A stretch of 64,000 nt of DNA. Origin: Bacteroidota bacterium. GTDB lineage: Bacteria > Bacteroidota > Bacteroidia > AKYH767-A > 2013-40CM-41-45. The stretch spans positions 12,919 to 76,918 of the forward strand of contig JANPNV010000132.1 of assembly GCA_031427625.1 (NCBI GenBank). The letters run 5' to 3'. This document shows, piece by piece, positions 1-10,158 of this stretch. A model generated the notes under the pieces. That model had not been told where the DNA came from. It did not search any database and was given only the letters and a program-made list of their open reading frames with translations. The position numbers and the translations under genes were made by a program. How positions within the stretch are numbered: position 1 is the first letter of the stretch; each line of letters begins with the position of its first letter.

Positions 1-494
1 CCCGCAAATGGTTCGTCGAGCAAAATAAATTTCGGATCAACAGCCAGCGCTCTTGCAATTTCAGTTCTTCTTCGTTCTCCACCGGATAATAAATCTCCCC
101 TGCTTTTCCTGATTCGTTGAAGTCCGAATTCATCCAGCAGAGATTCTGTTTTCCTGTTTTGTTCTTCCTTCGACAGCTTTGTCATTTCCAGAACCGCACG
201 AATATTATCTTCTACACTTAGTTTCCTAAAGACACTTGCTTCTTGTGCCAGGTAGCCAATGCCTGACTGAGCACGCTTATACATTGGAAGACTGGTAATT
301 TTTTCGTTGTTCAGGTAAATTTCTCCTTCGTTTGGTTTGACCAAACCTACGATCATGTAAAAAGATGTCGTCTTTCCTGCGCCGTTAGGTCCAAGTAATC
401 CGACAATTTCTCCTTGCGAAACCTGAATTGACACATTGTCAACAACAGTTCGTTGTTTGTATCTCTTGATAAGATTCTCGGAGCGTAGTATCAT
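1..494 (-). CDS. lptB: LPS export ABC transporter ATP-binding protein (3' end beyond window edge)
   Basis: Manual translation from ATG at 494: [18 protein letters not shown]...GPNGAGKTT...LAQEASVF...[16 protein letters not shown]...LLDEPFAG. Not in the ORF track because it is truncated. Confidence 0.93.
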   Translation of the reverse strand, partial: MILRSENLIKRYKQRTVVDNVSIQVSQGEIVGLLGPNGAGKTTSFYMIVGLVKPNEGEIYLNNEKITSLPMYKRAQSGIGYLAQEASVFRKLSVEDNIRAVLEMTKLSKEEQNRKTESLLDEFGLQRIRKSRGDLLSGGERRRTEIARALAVDPKFILLDEPFA

Positions 495-514
495 GATTTT
501 ATCAGATATTAATT

Positions 515-1339
515 CTATGCATTTTTCGATTTGAGAACATAGGTGCTGACAAGAATGCTGATTTCGTAGAGCACATATAAAGGCATTGCAACCATAATAA
601 GTGTTGTGGCATCAGAAGTAGGAGTGATTACTGCTGCAATAATAAGAATAAGGACAACAGCATGTCTTCTGTACGTCCGCATAAATTTAGGCGTTAACAA
701 GCCAATCTTAGAGAGGAAATATACGACAATTGGTAATTCAAAAACAATTCCTGAAATAAGAGTCATCGTTGAAACAGTTGAGATAAATGAATCGAGGGTA
801 ATTGTGTTTTTAACCTGTTCACTCACCTGATAATTTCCAAGAAAATTTACTGTCATTGGTGTAATTACATAGTAACCAAAAAGAATTCCGGTTAAGAATA
901 GAAAAGACGTGTAAAATACGATACCCCGTGCATAGGTTCTTTCTTTTGTCGAAAGCGCAGGCTTAATAAATCGCCAGATCTCCCAAACTACATAGGGAAA
1001 GCTTATTACTACTCCACCAATAAAGGCAACCCACATATGTGTTGTGAATTGAGCGGAGATGTCAGTGGCTATCAGAGAAAAGGGAATAACCGTAACGCAA
1101 AGGTCATCGCCAAGATTGAAACGGTGACCTATAGAACACAATGCTTTATAGGTTAAAAAATTCGGGCTCTTTGGCGCAAGCAAAACACCGTCGAATAAAA
1201 ACTCTTTGAAGAAGAAAAGGACAAGGGCCGCAACCATAACTACAATAACGGACCGAAACAAATGCCATCTGAGCGCTTCTAAATGTCCTAGAAATGACAT
1301 TTCGCCTGCTTCATTTGGGTTCTTAGAAAATATTCCCAT
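515..1339 (-). CDS. tatC: Twin-arginine translocase subunit TatC
   Basis: [22 protein letters not shown] and AAVITP motifs with multiple TM helices. Start moved to ATG 1339, just downstream of a TATCTTTG promoter box. Confidence 0.93.
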   Translation of the reverse strand: MGIFSKNPNEAGEMSFLGHLEALRWHLFRSVIVVMVAALVLFFFKEFLFDGVLLAPKSPNFLTYKALCSIGHRFNLGDDLCVTVIPFSLIATDISAQFTTHMWVAFIGGVVISFPYVVWEIWRFIKPALSTKERTYARGIVFYTSFLFLTGILFGYYVITPMTVNFLGNYQVSEQVKNTITLDSFISTVSTMTLISGIVFELPIVVYFLSKIGLLTPKFMRTYRRHAVVLILIIAAVITPTSDATTLIMVAMPLYVLYEISILVSTYVLKSKNA

Positions 1340-1346
1340 GCGGCGG

Positions 1347-1354
1347 CAAAGATA
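1347..1354 (-). promoter_or_regulatory. Bacteroidota sigma-A -7 element (TATCTTTG) for tatC
   Basis: Exact TAnnTTTG match 7 nt upstream of the ATG. Confidence 0.6.
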
Positions 1355-1449
1355 GAAATTCATCTCAGAGAGTTCTATCTGATTTCTTTATAATGAAAAA
1401 TATCCTGAGAAGGGAGCTGAGGTGTATCTGATAATTCTTAATCTTCAGA

Positions 1450-2415
1450 TTAGATTATCCCTTCACGAAGCAAATCATGCAAATGAACGACTCCCACATA
1501 TTTGTTCTTATCTGTGATTATCAGCTGAGAAATATTATGCTGCTTCATGATGTCAAGCGCATCAACAGCCATAGTATCTTTAGAAACTGTTTTCGGCATG
1601 CTGTTCATTATATCTTTAGATTTCAGACCCTCTATTGTTTTAGTATCTAACAACATTCGTCTTATATCGCCATCTGTAATCACACCAACTAGTTCTCCAT
1701 TATCTATAACGGCGGCAACTCCAAGTCGGTTTGATGAAATCTCAACAATTACTTTTTTAACATCTTCATTCGGTGAAACTTTCGGAAGCGCATTGTTGGG
1801 GTAAATGTCTTTAACCTTCAGATACAGCCGCTTTCCAAGCGCCCCTCCGGGGTGATACTTCGCAAAATCTTTGCTGGAGAATCCTTTATAATCAAGTAAG
1901 CAGACAGCCAGAGCGTCTCCCATGGCCAATTGCGCAGTAGTGCTGCTTGTCGGAGCAAGATTATTGGGGCAGGCTTCTTTTCTGACAAATGTATTTAGTA
2001 CCAGATCGCTGTGAGTGGCGAGGTAGGATGTTGTATTCCCAACGATTGCGATCAGCTTGTTTCCATAGTTCTTTAAAAGTGGAACTAAGATTTTTATCTC
2101 TGGAGTATCGCCACTCTTGGAAACACAAATAACGACATCATCTTTCTGAATAGTGCCTAGATCGCCATGAATGGCATCAGAGGCATGCATAAAGCCTGAT
2201 GGTGTTCCGGTTGAATTAAAGGTGGCAACAATTTTTTGTGCGATTATGGCACTTTTACCGATGCCTGTTACAATTACTCGCCCTTTCAACTTTGAAATTA
2301 AAATGACGGTATTCACAAAGTCATCATTTATAAATTTTTTTAACTCTAAAATCGCTTCTGCTTCAATTTCAAGTGTGTGCAATGCGAGTTCCTTAATCTG
2401 TGATGTATTTTTCAA
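1450..2415 (-). CDS. kdsD: KpsF/GutQ family arabinose-5-phosphate isomerase (SIS + 2 CBS)
   Basis: TGIGKS, HGDLG, SKSG, APTSSTT and HPGGALG motifs; C-terminal CBS pair. Confidence 0.9.
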   Translation of the reverse strand: MKNTSQIKELALHTLEIEAEAILELKKFINDDFVNTVILISKLKGRVIVTGIGKSAIIAQKIVATFNSTGTPSGFMHASDAIHGDLGTIQKDDVVICVSKSGDTPEIKILVPLLKNYGNKLIAIVGNTTSYLATHSDLVLNTFVRKEACPNNLAPTSSTTAQLAMGDALAVCLLDYKGFSSKDFAKYHPGGALGKRLYLKVKDIYPNNALPKVSPNEDVKKVIVEISSNRLGVAAVIDNGELVGVITDGDIRRMLLDTKTIEGLKSKDIMNSMPKTVSKDTMAVDALDIMKQHNISQLIITDKNKYVGVVHLHDLLREGII

Positions 2416-2549
2416 AGTAGTTTAAATTTTTATTAAAACCTTTTCGTTCGAAGTGTTGATGTTTCGCCAAAATTATTTATTTTTATCCATAAACTTTTCT
2501 GGAAACGAAGTTATATTTATTATATTACCCTTAAAATCAATTTATTGAA

Positions 2550-4739
2550 ATGTTAGTGGCAGAAAAACCTTTGAAGTCGCAATTACAGAAGTATTTCGGG
2601 TTCGACAAGTTCAAAGGAGAGCAGGAAGCGATAGTGCAATCAGTACTCTCCGGCAAAGATACATTTGTTATCATGCCTACAGGTGGTGGCAAGTCAATGT
2701 GTTACCAATTACCCGCATTGATCAAGGAAGGAACGGCTGTAATCGTTTCTCCTCTTATTGCATTAATGAAAAATCAGGTGGATGCCATGCGTGGCTTCAG
2801 CAATGAAGAAGGTGTTGCACACTTTCTTAACAGTTCTCTGAATAAAACGGAGATAGCTGCTGTTAAGGCTGATCTTAGATCAGGAAAAACAAAACTCTTA
2901 TACGTTGCTCCCGAATCCTTAACGAAGGATGAGAATGTTGAATTCCTTCGGACTGTCAATATTTCCTTTTTCGCTATCGATGAAGCTCATTGTATTTCTG
3001 AATGGGGCCACGATTTTCGTCCAGAGTACCGTCGCCTTCGTACGATCATTGAAGCGATCGGAAAAGTTCCTGTCATAGCCTTAACAGCGACAGCAACTCC
3101 CAAAGTTCAACTCGACATACAAAAAAATCTCGGCATGATGGATGCCGATTTATATAAAGCATCTTTTAACCGTGCGAATCTTTACTATGAAGTTCGTCCG
3201 AAAGTAGATGTAGCCAAAGAAATTATTCGTTTCGTAAGAGCCAATGCCGGAAAATCAGGAATTATCTATTGCCTGAGTCGAAAGAAAGTTGAAGAAATAG
3301 CATCTATTCTTGCTGTCAACGGTGTTCGCGCACTTCCATACCATGCCGGACTCGAAGCTGCCGTACGTGCATCTACACAAGATAAATTCCTGATGGAAGA
3401 TATCGATGTAATCGTCGCAACTATTGCATTCGGAATGGGAATCGATAAACCGGATGTCAGATTTGTTATTCACCATGACATTCCAAAAAGTCTCGAAGGA
3501 TATTATCAGGAAACAGGACGATCAGGACGTGATGGAAGAGAAGGTAAATGCGTCACTTTCTACAGCTATAAAGATATTGAGAAGCTCGAAAAATTTATGA
3601 AGGGCAAACCAGTTGCTGAACAGGAAGTCGGAAAACAACTGCTATTAGAAACTGTCGGTTATGCCGAAACTTCCGTTTGCCGTCGTAAAGTTCTCCTAAA
3701 CTATTTCGGAGAAGTATATTTACAAGAAAACTGCGGTCAATGCGATAATTGTAATCATCCGAAAAAGAGTTTCGACGGTCAGGAAGAAATGAGCATTGCA
3801 CTCGAAGCTGTAATCGCCGTCAAAGAAAAATTTGCCATGGAGCATGTGGTAAATGTCATAACAGGGAAACCTGAAAATGCGATTAAACTGCATCAACATG
3901 ATCAACTTGAAATTTTTGGGGATGGCAATGATCGCGGTACGAAATTCTGGAATGCAATCATCAGACAAGCACAACTTGCCGGATTCCTTTCAAAGGACAT
4001 AGAGACTTACGGAACTCTTAAAGTTACAGAATCGGGTCGTGCCTTTCTCAAGAAGCCGGTTCAAATCATGGTTGTTGAAGACAATGACTATGGAAATACT
4101 GAAAGTGATGATGAAGATGAACTAGGCACCGGAGGTACTTCTACAGCAGATCCTCAACTGTTTGGTGCTTTAAAGGATCTTCGAAAGAAAATTGCCAAAC
4201 TAAAAAATGTTCCTCCTTTCGTTGTTTTTCAGGATCCTTCTTTAGAAGAAATGTCTATTCAGTATCCAATCACTATGGATGAACTGAAAAATATTACAGG
4301 TGTCGGTTCTGGTAAAGCAGTAAAATTTGGAAAACCATTTCTTGAACTGATCGCTCAATATGTAGAGGATAATGACATTGAACGTCCGATGGATCTCATC
4401 GTTAAGTCCATCGTAAATAAAAGTGTCCTTAAAGTTTACATCATTCAGAATATAGATCGGAAAATTTCCCTTACTGATATGTGTAAAGCCAAAGGTGTTA
4501 AGATGGCCGACCTTCTTGCTGAAATCGAAAGTATTGTAGGCTCCGGAACAAAAATCGACATCAACTATTACATCAATGAGATTATCGATGATGAAAGACA
4601 GGCAGAGGTTTTCGAATACTTCAAAGAAGCTGAATCTGATTCTGCCGAAGCTGCTTTAAAGGAGTTGGGTGAAAATGATTATTCTTTGGAAGATATTCGC
4701 CTCATTCGTATCAGATTTATGTCTGAGCTTGGAAACTAA
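2550..4739 (+). CDS. recQ: ATP-dependent DNA helicase RecQ
   Basis: MPTGGGKS, DEAHCISEWGHDFRP, ATIAFGMGIDKPDVR, Zn-binding CRR...CGQCDNC, RQC and HRDC regions. Confidence 0.96.
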   Translation: MLVAEKPLKSQLQKYFGFDKFKGEQEAIVQSVLSGKDTFVIMPTGGGKSMCYQLPALIKEGTAVIVSPLIALMKNQVDAMRGFSNEEGVAHFLNSSLNKTEIAAVKADLRSGKTKLLYVAPESLTKDENVEFLRTVNISFFAIDEAHCISEWGHDFRPEYRRLRTIIEAIGKVPVIALTATATPKVQLDIQKNLGMMDADLYKASFNRANLYYEVRPKVDVAKEIIRFVRANAGKSGIIYCLSRKKVEEIASILAVNGVRALPYHAGLEAAVRASTQDKFLMEDIDVIVATIAFGMGIDKPDVRFVIHHDIPKSLEGYYQETGRSGRDGREGKCVTFYSYKDIEKLEKFMKGKPVAEQEVGKQLLLETVGYAETSVCRRKVLLNYFGEVYLQENCGQCDNCNHPKKSFDGQEEMSIALEAVIAVKEKFAMEHVVNVITGKPENAIKLHQHDQLEIFGDGNDRGTKFWNAIIRQAQLAGFLSKDIETYGTLKVTESGRAFLKKPVQIMVVEDNDYGNTESDDEDELGTGGTSTADPQLFGALKDLRKKIAKLKNVPPFVVFQDPSLEEMSIQYPITMDELKNITGVGSGKAVKFGKPFLELIAQYVEDNDIERPMDLIVKSIVNKSVLKVYIIQNIDRKISLTDMCKAKGVKMADLLAEIESIVGSGTKIDINYYINEIIDDERQAEVFEYFKEAESDSAEAALKELGENDYSLEDIRLIRIRFMSELGN

Positions 4740-4879
4740 TTTTTAAGCATGAAGTAAGAGGTAGAATAGGGTTGACCTATCGTCTAAAAAGCGAAAATAT
4801 CGTATATTTAAGTATTAATGGGTCGTTTGTAAAATCGTTAAAAAGATTTTCTAATTTCGGCCAGCAAAAATAACCAAAT

Positions 4880-5824
4880 ATGAAAGTAACTGTCGTAGGT
4901 GCCGGAAATGTTGGCGCTACCTGTGCCGATGTAATCGCACGGAAAGAATTTGTTCGCGAAGTAATTTTGCTTGATATAAAAGAGGGTGTCTCCGAAGGGA
5001 AATCTCTCGACATCTGGCAAAGTTCTCCGATCAGTTTATATGATACACACCTTATTGGATCCACAAACGATTATTCAAAAACAGCTAATTCTGAAGTTGT
5101 AGTAATCACCTCTGGACTACCAAGAAAACCGGGAATGTCTCGTGATGACTTAATCGCTACAAATGCAGGTATAGTTCGGTCAGTCACTGAAAATATCGTG
5201 AAGTATTCGCCTAATGCAATCATCATCGTCGTTTCAAATCCGCTCGATGTTATGACTTATTGTGCATTCCTCACATCAAAATTTGATTCCTCAAGAGTAT
5301 TCGGTATGGCAGGAATTTTAGATACTGCCAGGTATCGCGCTTTCTTAGCCGAAGCATTGCAGATATCACCAAAAGATATTCAAGCTGTATTAATGGGTGG
5401 CCACGGTGATACAATGGTTCCTCTTCCTCGATACACAACTGTTGCAGGAATTCCGGTGACGGAACTTATTTCTGCCGATAAACTCGATGCAATAGTTGAA
5501 CGAACCAAAAAAGGCGGAGGCGAACTTGTAAACCTGATGGGAACATCTGCCTGGTATGCACCTGGTGCAGCTGCAGCTCAAATGGTCGAATCTGTCGTGA
5601 AAGATTCAAAAAGGATTTTCCCTTGTTGTGCGATGCTCACTGGCCAATACGGATTAAAAGATATCTATCTCGGAGTCCCTGTAAAACTTGGAAAGAAAGG
5701 AATCGAAGAAATCATCGAACTAAAACTGGATAAAGATGAAATGGCATTACTTCAATCTTCTGCCAAATCAGTAAAAGAAGTAATGGATGTTCTTGACAAT
5801 ATGGGTCAGACAGCTATTAAATAA
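4880..5824 (+). CDS. mdh: Malate dehydrogenase (LDH-like)
   Basis: GAGNVG, GLPRKPGMSRDDL, NPLD and GGHGD motifs. Confidence 0.96.
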   Translation: MKVTVVGAGNVGATCADVIARKEFVREVILLDIKEGVSEGKSLDIWQSSPISLYDTHLIGSTNDYSKTANSEVVVITSGLPRKPGMSRDDLIATNAGIVRSVTENIVKYSPNAIIIVVSNPLDVMTYCAFLTSKFDSSRVFGMAGILDTARYRAFLAEALQISPKDIQAVLMGGHGDTMVPLPRYTTVAGIPVTELISADKLDAIVERTKKGGGELVNLMGTSAWYAPGAAAAQMVESVVKDSKRIFPCCAMLTGQYGLKDIYLGVPVKLGKKGIEEIIELKLDKDEMALLQSSAKSVKEVMDVLDNMGQTAIK

Positions 5825-5842
5825 TATTTGCATTAACTTATC

Positions 5843-5877
5843 AGAGCATCCGTCATGAAAATTGCCGGATGCTTTTT
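5843..5877 (+). terminator. Intrinsic terminator after mdh
   Basis: agagcatccg/cggatgcttt stem followed by a T-run. Confidence 0.6.
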
Positions 5878-5888
5878 ATTTTTCTTTT

Positions 5889-6329
5889 ATGTTGAAACGT
5901 AAAACGCTTATTCCAATAGAAACTTTGATAATTGAAGATGATGGATCTCATATACTTCTGAAAACAAAAATTAATGGAAGAAATGCAAAGTTGCTCATTG
6001 ATACCGGTGCAAGCAGAACGGTATTCGATCAGGAGAGAATAAAACTTTTTGTAAGCGACAAATCTTTTGTTCAGCATGATAAATTATCTACAGGATTAGG
6101 GACTAGTAGCATGCTCACAAGCGCTGTAACTCTTAACTCTTTTCGTATTGGTGATCTGGTTATCGAAAACTTTAACGGTGTTCTTCTCGACCTTCAGCAT
6201 GTAAATGGAACATACAATAAACTGGGATTTTCAGAAATCGATGGTGTACTTGGCAATGATATACTTGTAAAATATCATGCTACGATAAATTACAAAAAGC
6301 TTGTGCTCGCATTGTACATTAATCCATAA
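5889..6329 (+). CDS. Retropepsin-like (clan AA) aspartyl protease
   Basis: LLIDTGASRT active-site motif and GVLGND. ATG 5889 preferred because the upstream TTG lies inside the mdh terminator. Confidence 0.8.
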   Translation: MLKRKTLIPIETLIIEDDGSHILLKTKINGRNAKLLIDTGASRTVFDQERIKLFVSDKSFVQHDKLSTGLGTSSMLTSAVTLNSFRIGDLVIENFNGVLLDLQHVNGTYNKLGFSEIDGVLGNDILVKYHATINYKKLVLALYINP

Positions 6330-6338
6330 CAGAATTTT

Positions 6339-7808
6339 CTAATGCCTTATCGATACAAAATAAGGAAAAGATAAAAGTTCGTTTTTATATATAAATGAAT
6401 TTCCATCAGAAAGTGTTTTACTATAAAGCTGAAGGGTATTCATATTAATAATAGCAAGGTCTCCATTTCTTCCCCCACAACCCGATACATGATGCGGAGC
6501 AGGTCCGTTTGAATCGTAATTTAAATTAGCTACGTAAACTAAGTTTTCTTCATCATCAACTGCCAGACCGTGCGGTTGATATCCGGTATATACTGTATTG
6601 ATTACACTCATCGAATTATAATTGATAACATAAACCTTTCCTTTTTTGTTTGAAGAAACAGGGTCTTCTGTACATGTTACGAATATATACGGATGATTAT
6701 GAGAAACGTCTAACTCTTGTGGTTTTACACCAACAGGAATAATTGCAAGTAAGCTATCGTTGGAGGTCTGAAACACTCTGATTTCATTGGAGGTCTGACA
6801 ACTCACAAAGTATTTTGTGCCATCAGGTGTTTGAATCAATTCATGCGGATCGAGCGAAGAACTCGTCGACCGTTGCTGACCTGGTGCAAGAATAACGGAC
6901 CAGCTGTTGTCGTAAAATGGCGCCGATAATAAATCAATTTTATGAATGAAGTTCCCATTCTGACACGACAAATATAAAAACTGTCCATCAGGAGTGATGA
7001 ATCCTCCATGCGGGAATTCATAAGAGTGAAGAGTTGTCTCAAGCGTCATCGTGGTCAGGTTCACTATCTGAATTGTATTCGTACCTGTTCCATTCACAAA
7101 ACCCTTGGAACCATCAGGAGTGATTATAACTGTATTCCAATTTCCGTTTCCAATGTCAAGCGAACCCACTAGCTCATCGTTCTCCGTACTAAATTTTTGT
7201 ATTGATGAGCCGGAATAAAAAACTACATACCAGAATTTTCCATCAGGAGAAACACGAACAAGATGAGGAGCTTCAATAACGGCAGGATCAATTCCTACAT
7301 TTATATATCTCATGATGATTTTTGTTTTAGCATCAAGTACCGCAACCTTATCGCATCCCTGCATGCAGATATAAATTTTCTTCCTGTTAATGTCGTCAGA
7401 GAATTTAACAAATCCTTTGTTATCCGGTGCTCCGTTCGAAATCCATTCAACAAGCGTTTGATATTCTTCTGATGTAAGTGAAGGTGCTTGCAAGGGCATC
7501 GTAGGAAAAAGAATAGGGCCTTTTGCCGAATCAGTGTTAACAGAATAAAGCATAAAACTATTATCCGCAGAATATGGAATAACACTTGTTCCGTTTCTTC
7601 CACCGTCAAACATTTTATCCCAAGTGCTGAATTCTAATCCGGCCGATGCAAACCGGCTTGCCGCATTGTGACAGCCATCAACTGCACATTTCGTAACGAG
7701 AATTTTTCCTATAGCATCAGGATAACCGGTGTCGGGTTTTACTTCCACTTTATCGTAGGAGCATGAAGCAAGAAAAAAAATATATAAGAAGAGGATATTT
7801 GTTTTCAT
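6339..7808 (-). CDS. Lipoprotein with cytochrome-c-like N-terminal domain and YVTN/YncE-type beta-propeller
   Basis: Lipobox FLASC; CAVDGCH...MP...WISNGAP; repeated SPDG/TPDG blades. Confidence 0.75.
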   Translation of the reverse strand: MKTNILFLYIFFLASCSYDKVEVKPDTGYPDAIGKILVTKCAVDGCHNAASRFASAGLEFSTWDKMFDGGRNGTSVIPYSADNSFMLYSVNTDSAKGPILFPTMPLQAPSLTSEEYQTLVEWISNGAPDNKGFVKFSDDINRKKIYICMQGCDKVAVLDAKTKIIMRYINVGIDPAVIEAPHLVRVSPDGKFWYVVFYSGSSIQKFSTENDELVGSLDIGNGNWNTVIITPDGSKGFVNGTGTNTIQIVNLTTMTLETTLHSYEFPHGGFITPDGQFLYLSCQNGNFIHKIDLLSAPFYDNSWSVILAPGQQRSTSSSLDPHELIQTPDGTKYFVSCQTSNEIRVFQTSNDSLLAIIPVGVKPQELDVSHNHPYIFVTCTEDPVSSNKKGKVYVINYNSMSVINTVYTGYQPHGLAVDDEENLVYVANLNYDSNGPAPHHVSGCGGRNGDLAIINMNTLQLYSKTLSDGNSFIYKNELLSFPYFVSIRH

Positions 7809-8164
7809 AATTTAAATTCACCTATACAATGTGTGTAGATTGTTGATTAATTTCAAAACAGTATTTATTCATTTGCATTATAAAATTAATGTTGATTCGG
7901 TCGCCTTTTCTTTATCTTATTACTGAATATATCGCGAAGAAATTCAATAAGAATCCGGGAATGATAGAAAATGAATTTTTTGATTTCAAGACTGATTTTT
8001 AACAAAATTAGTAATAAGTAGTAAGACAAGCATCATTTTTATTTCTTTGTAGTCTCAGGCTTAATAGAAGCAATTATAATTATCGATTTCATACCAAATC
8101 TAAATGGGGCTTCGTATTTTGTCAATCGTCTAAATCACCTAATAGGAACTAATCGTATTTCATT

Positions 8165-8755
8165 ATGTACAGGTATTTTGCAATCTACAAGCCCTACGGC
8201 ATGCTTTCTCAGTTTACTGTTGAAGGTGGAAATACATCTCTGGCAAGCATTGACTTTAAATTCCCACAGGATGTTTATCCGGTCGGTCGGCTGGATTCGG
8301 ATAGCGAAGGGTTACTGTTACTTACCAATGATAAAAAAGTAAATCATAGATTACTTGAGCCAACCTACAAGCATAAAAGAAAATATCTTGTTCAGGTCGA
8401 AGGTGAGATAAGTGCTGAGGCCACAAAAGTGCTGGAAGCAGGAATGGAGTTAAATGACAAGGGCAAAACATATCGAACACTTCCCGCAAAGGCAAAAGTA
8501 ATTCCAGAACCTGCTCTTCCGGAAAGAACGCCTCCCGTACGATTCAGGAAGAATGTACCCACAAGCTGGGTCGAAATATCTATTTCCGAAGGCAAAAACA
8601 GACAAGTAAGAAAAATGACTGCTGCTGCCGGGTTCCCAACGTTGAGATTAATTCGTATCGAAATTGAAGATTTAAGACTATCAAAACAGGAAAATGGATG
8701 GGTGGAAGAGCTGAAAAAACTTGATTTTTACAGCCGGTTAAAGATTAATCAGTAG
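8165..8755 (+). CDS. rluE: RsuA/RluE-family pseudouridine synthase
   Basis: YKPYG, YPVGRLDSDSEGLLLLT, EGKNRQVRKMTAA and PTLRLIR motifs; no S4 domain. Confidence 0.85.
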   Translation: MYRYFAIYKPYGMLSQFTVEGGNTSLASIDFKFPQDVYPVGRLDSDSEGLLLLTNDKKVNHRLLEPTYKHKRKYLVQVEGEISAEATKVLEAGMELNDKGKTYRTLPAKAKVIPEPALPERTPPVRFRKNVPTSWVEISISEGKNRQVRKMTAAAGFPTLRLIRIEIEDLRLSKQENGWVEELKKLDFYSRLKINQ

Positions 8756-8815
8756 AAAGTTATGTGACATTCATAATTTGTAAACTCCCTATGATTTTTC
8801 CATCGCAGAAAATAC

Positions 8816-8823
8816 TACTTTTG
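8816..8823 (+). promoter_or_regulatory. -7 promoter element TACTTTTG for the M43 protease gene
   Basis: Exact TAnnTTTG match upstream of ATG 8850. Confidence 0.55.
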
Positions 8824-8849
8824 TTAAATATCGAATAAGAAAGAATTGA

Positions 8850-10121
8850 ATGAAAAAAGGATTACTAATCGTTTTAGCAATGTTTATTTGTTTCATTGTT
8901 AAAGCAGGGGAACGTCAGGTAAAGGGAGAGAAATGCGGAACAATGACTCACATGGATTATCTTAAATCAAAAAATTCAAACCTTGAACAGGAAATTATAA
9001 GAGATGAAAATAATTTACAGCAAGCAATTAGTAACCTTGCCGTATCTCGTTCCTCAAACGTAATTTATACGATTCCCGTTGTTGTTCATATAGTTTATAA
9101 AACAACAGGCCAGAATGTTTCCAATGCTCAGGTTCAATCACAAATTGATGTACTTAATCAGGATTTCGGACGTACTAACCCTGATGCTGCAAGTACACCT
9201 GCTGCATTTTCTTCAGTGGCCTCTGCTACAAATTTCCAATTTTGTCTTGCTAAAACGGACCCTACAGGAGCTGCTACCAATGGAATTGAAAGACGTCAAA
9301 CGACTCTTTCTTCATTCACGCTAAATGACGACATGAAAAGTTATTCTACCGGCGGACTTGATACATGGGATGTAAATAAATATTTAAATATATGGGTCTG
9401 CAACCTCAGCGGAGGTATTATTGGCTACGGCGAACTTCCCGGTGCAACCCATACAAATACTTTTGGTGTTGTAATACAATTCGATGCTTTCGGAAGATTA
9501 GGAACTGCTGTTGCGCCTTATCATCTGGGTCGGACTTGTACTCATGAGATTTCTCATTGTTTTCGTCTTTATCATATTTGGGGAGATGATAACGGCGCCT
9601 GTTCCGGAACTGATTATGTAAATGATACTCCAAATCAGGGTGATGCTACTTTTGGCTGTTATACTTTTCCTCATACGGATAACTGTTCGATGACATCGCC
9701 TGGAATTATGTTTATGAATTACATGGATTATAGCGACGATAATTGTCTGAATTTGTTTACCACTCTGCAGGGAACACGAATGTATGCAGCAATCAATTCA
9801 TATTATAATAGTCTGCTAACCTCGAAAGCATGCGACTTGCCTGATGCAATTAAAACAGTAAATTATTTCGATCTCAGTATTTATCCAAATCCTACTTCCG
9901 GTTTTATTACGCTTGATATGTTTAATACATACAACCTCGGTCAACAAGTTAAGGTAGCAGTTGCCGATGCAATTGGTAAAATTGTTAAAGAAGAAGTGAT
10001 TGTCAACCCTAACGGAACATTACATCAAATCGATTTAAGAAATTGCAGCAATGGAGTTTATTTTCTTTCGATTTATAATGACGATTATAAACGAACAGAG
10101 AAAATTACTCTAGCTCGGTAA
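8850..10121 (+). CDS. M43 (pappalysin/ulilysin-like) zinc metalloprotease with T9SS type A C-terminal sorting domain
   Basis: Signal peptide, CGT cysteine switch, IPVVVH, HEISH...H, NYMDYS Met-turn, IYPNP...GVYFL...EKI CTD. Confidence 0.88.
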   Translation: MKKGLLIVLAMFICFIVKAGERQVKGEKCGTMTHMDYLKSKNSNLEQEIIRDENNLQQAISNLAVSRSSNVIYTIPVVVHIVYKTTGQNVSNAQVQSQIDVLNQDFGRTNPDAASTPAAFSSVASATNFQFCLAKTDPTGAATNGIERRQTTLSSFTLNDDMKSYSTGGLDTWDVNKYLNIWVCNLSGGIIGYGELPGATHTNTFGVVIQFDAFGRLGTAVAPYHLGRTCTHEISHCFRLYHIWGDDNGACSGTDYVNDTPNQGDATFGCYTFPHTDNCSMTSPGIMFMNYMDYSDDNCLNLFTTLQGTRMYAAINSYYNSLLTSKACDLPDAIKTVNYFDLSIYPNPTSGFITLDMFNTYNLGQQVKVAVADAIGKIVKEEVIVNPNGTLHQIDLRNCSNGVYFLSIYNDDYKRTEKITLAR

Positions 10122-10158
10122 AACAAAAAAGGGAAGCATTGTTTCCCTTTTTTGTTTT
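10120..10158. terminator. Bidirectional intrinsic terminator between convergent M43 gene and mqnA
   Basis: aaaacaaaaaagggaa ... ttcccttttttgtttt inverted repeat with A/T tails. Confidence 0.8.

Noticed and set aside
7809-8164. 356-bp intergenic region examined for a small RNA or riboswitch
   Set aside because: No stable stems, terminator or recognisable motif; only a TAATTTTG box at 8003-8010 (minus strand).
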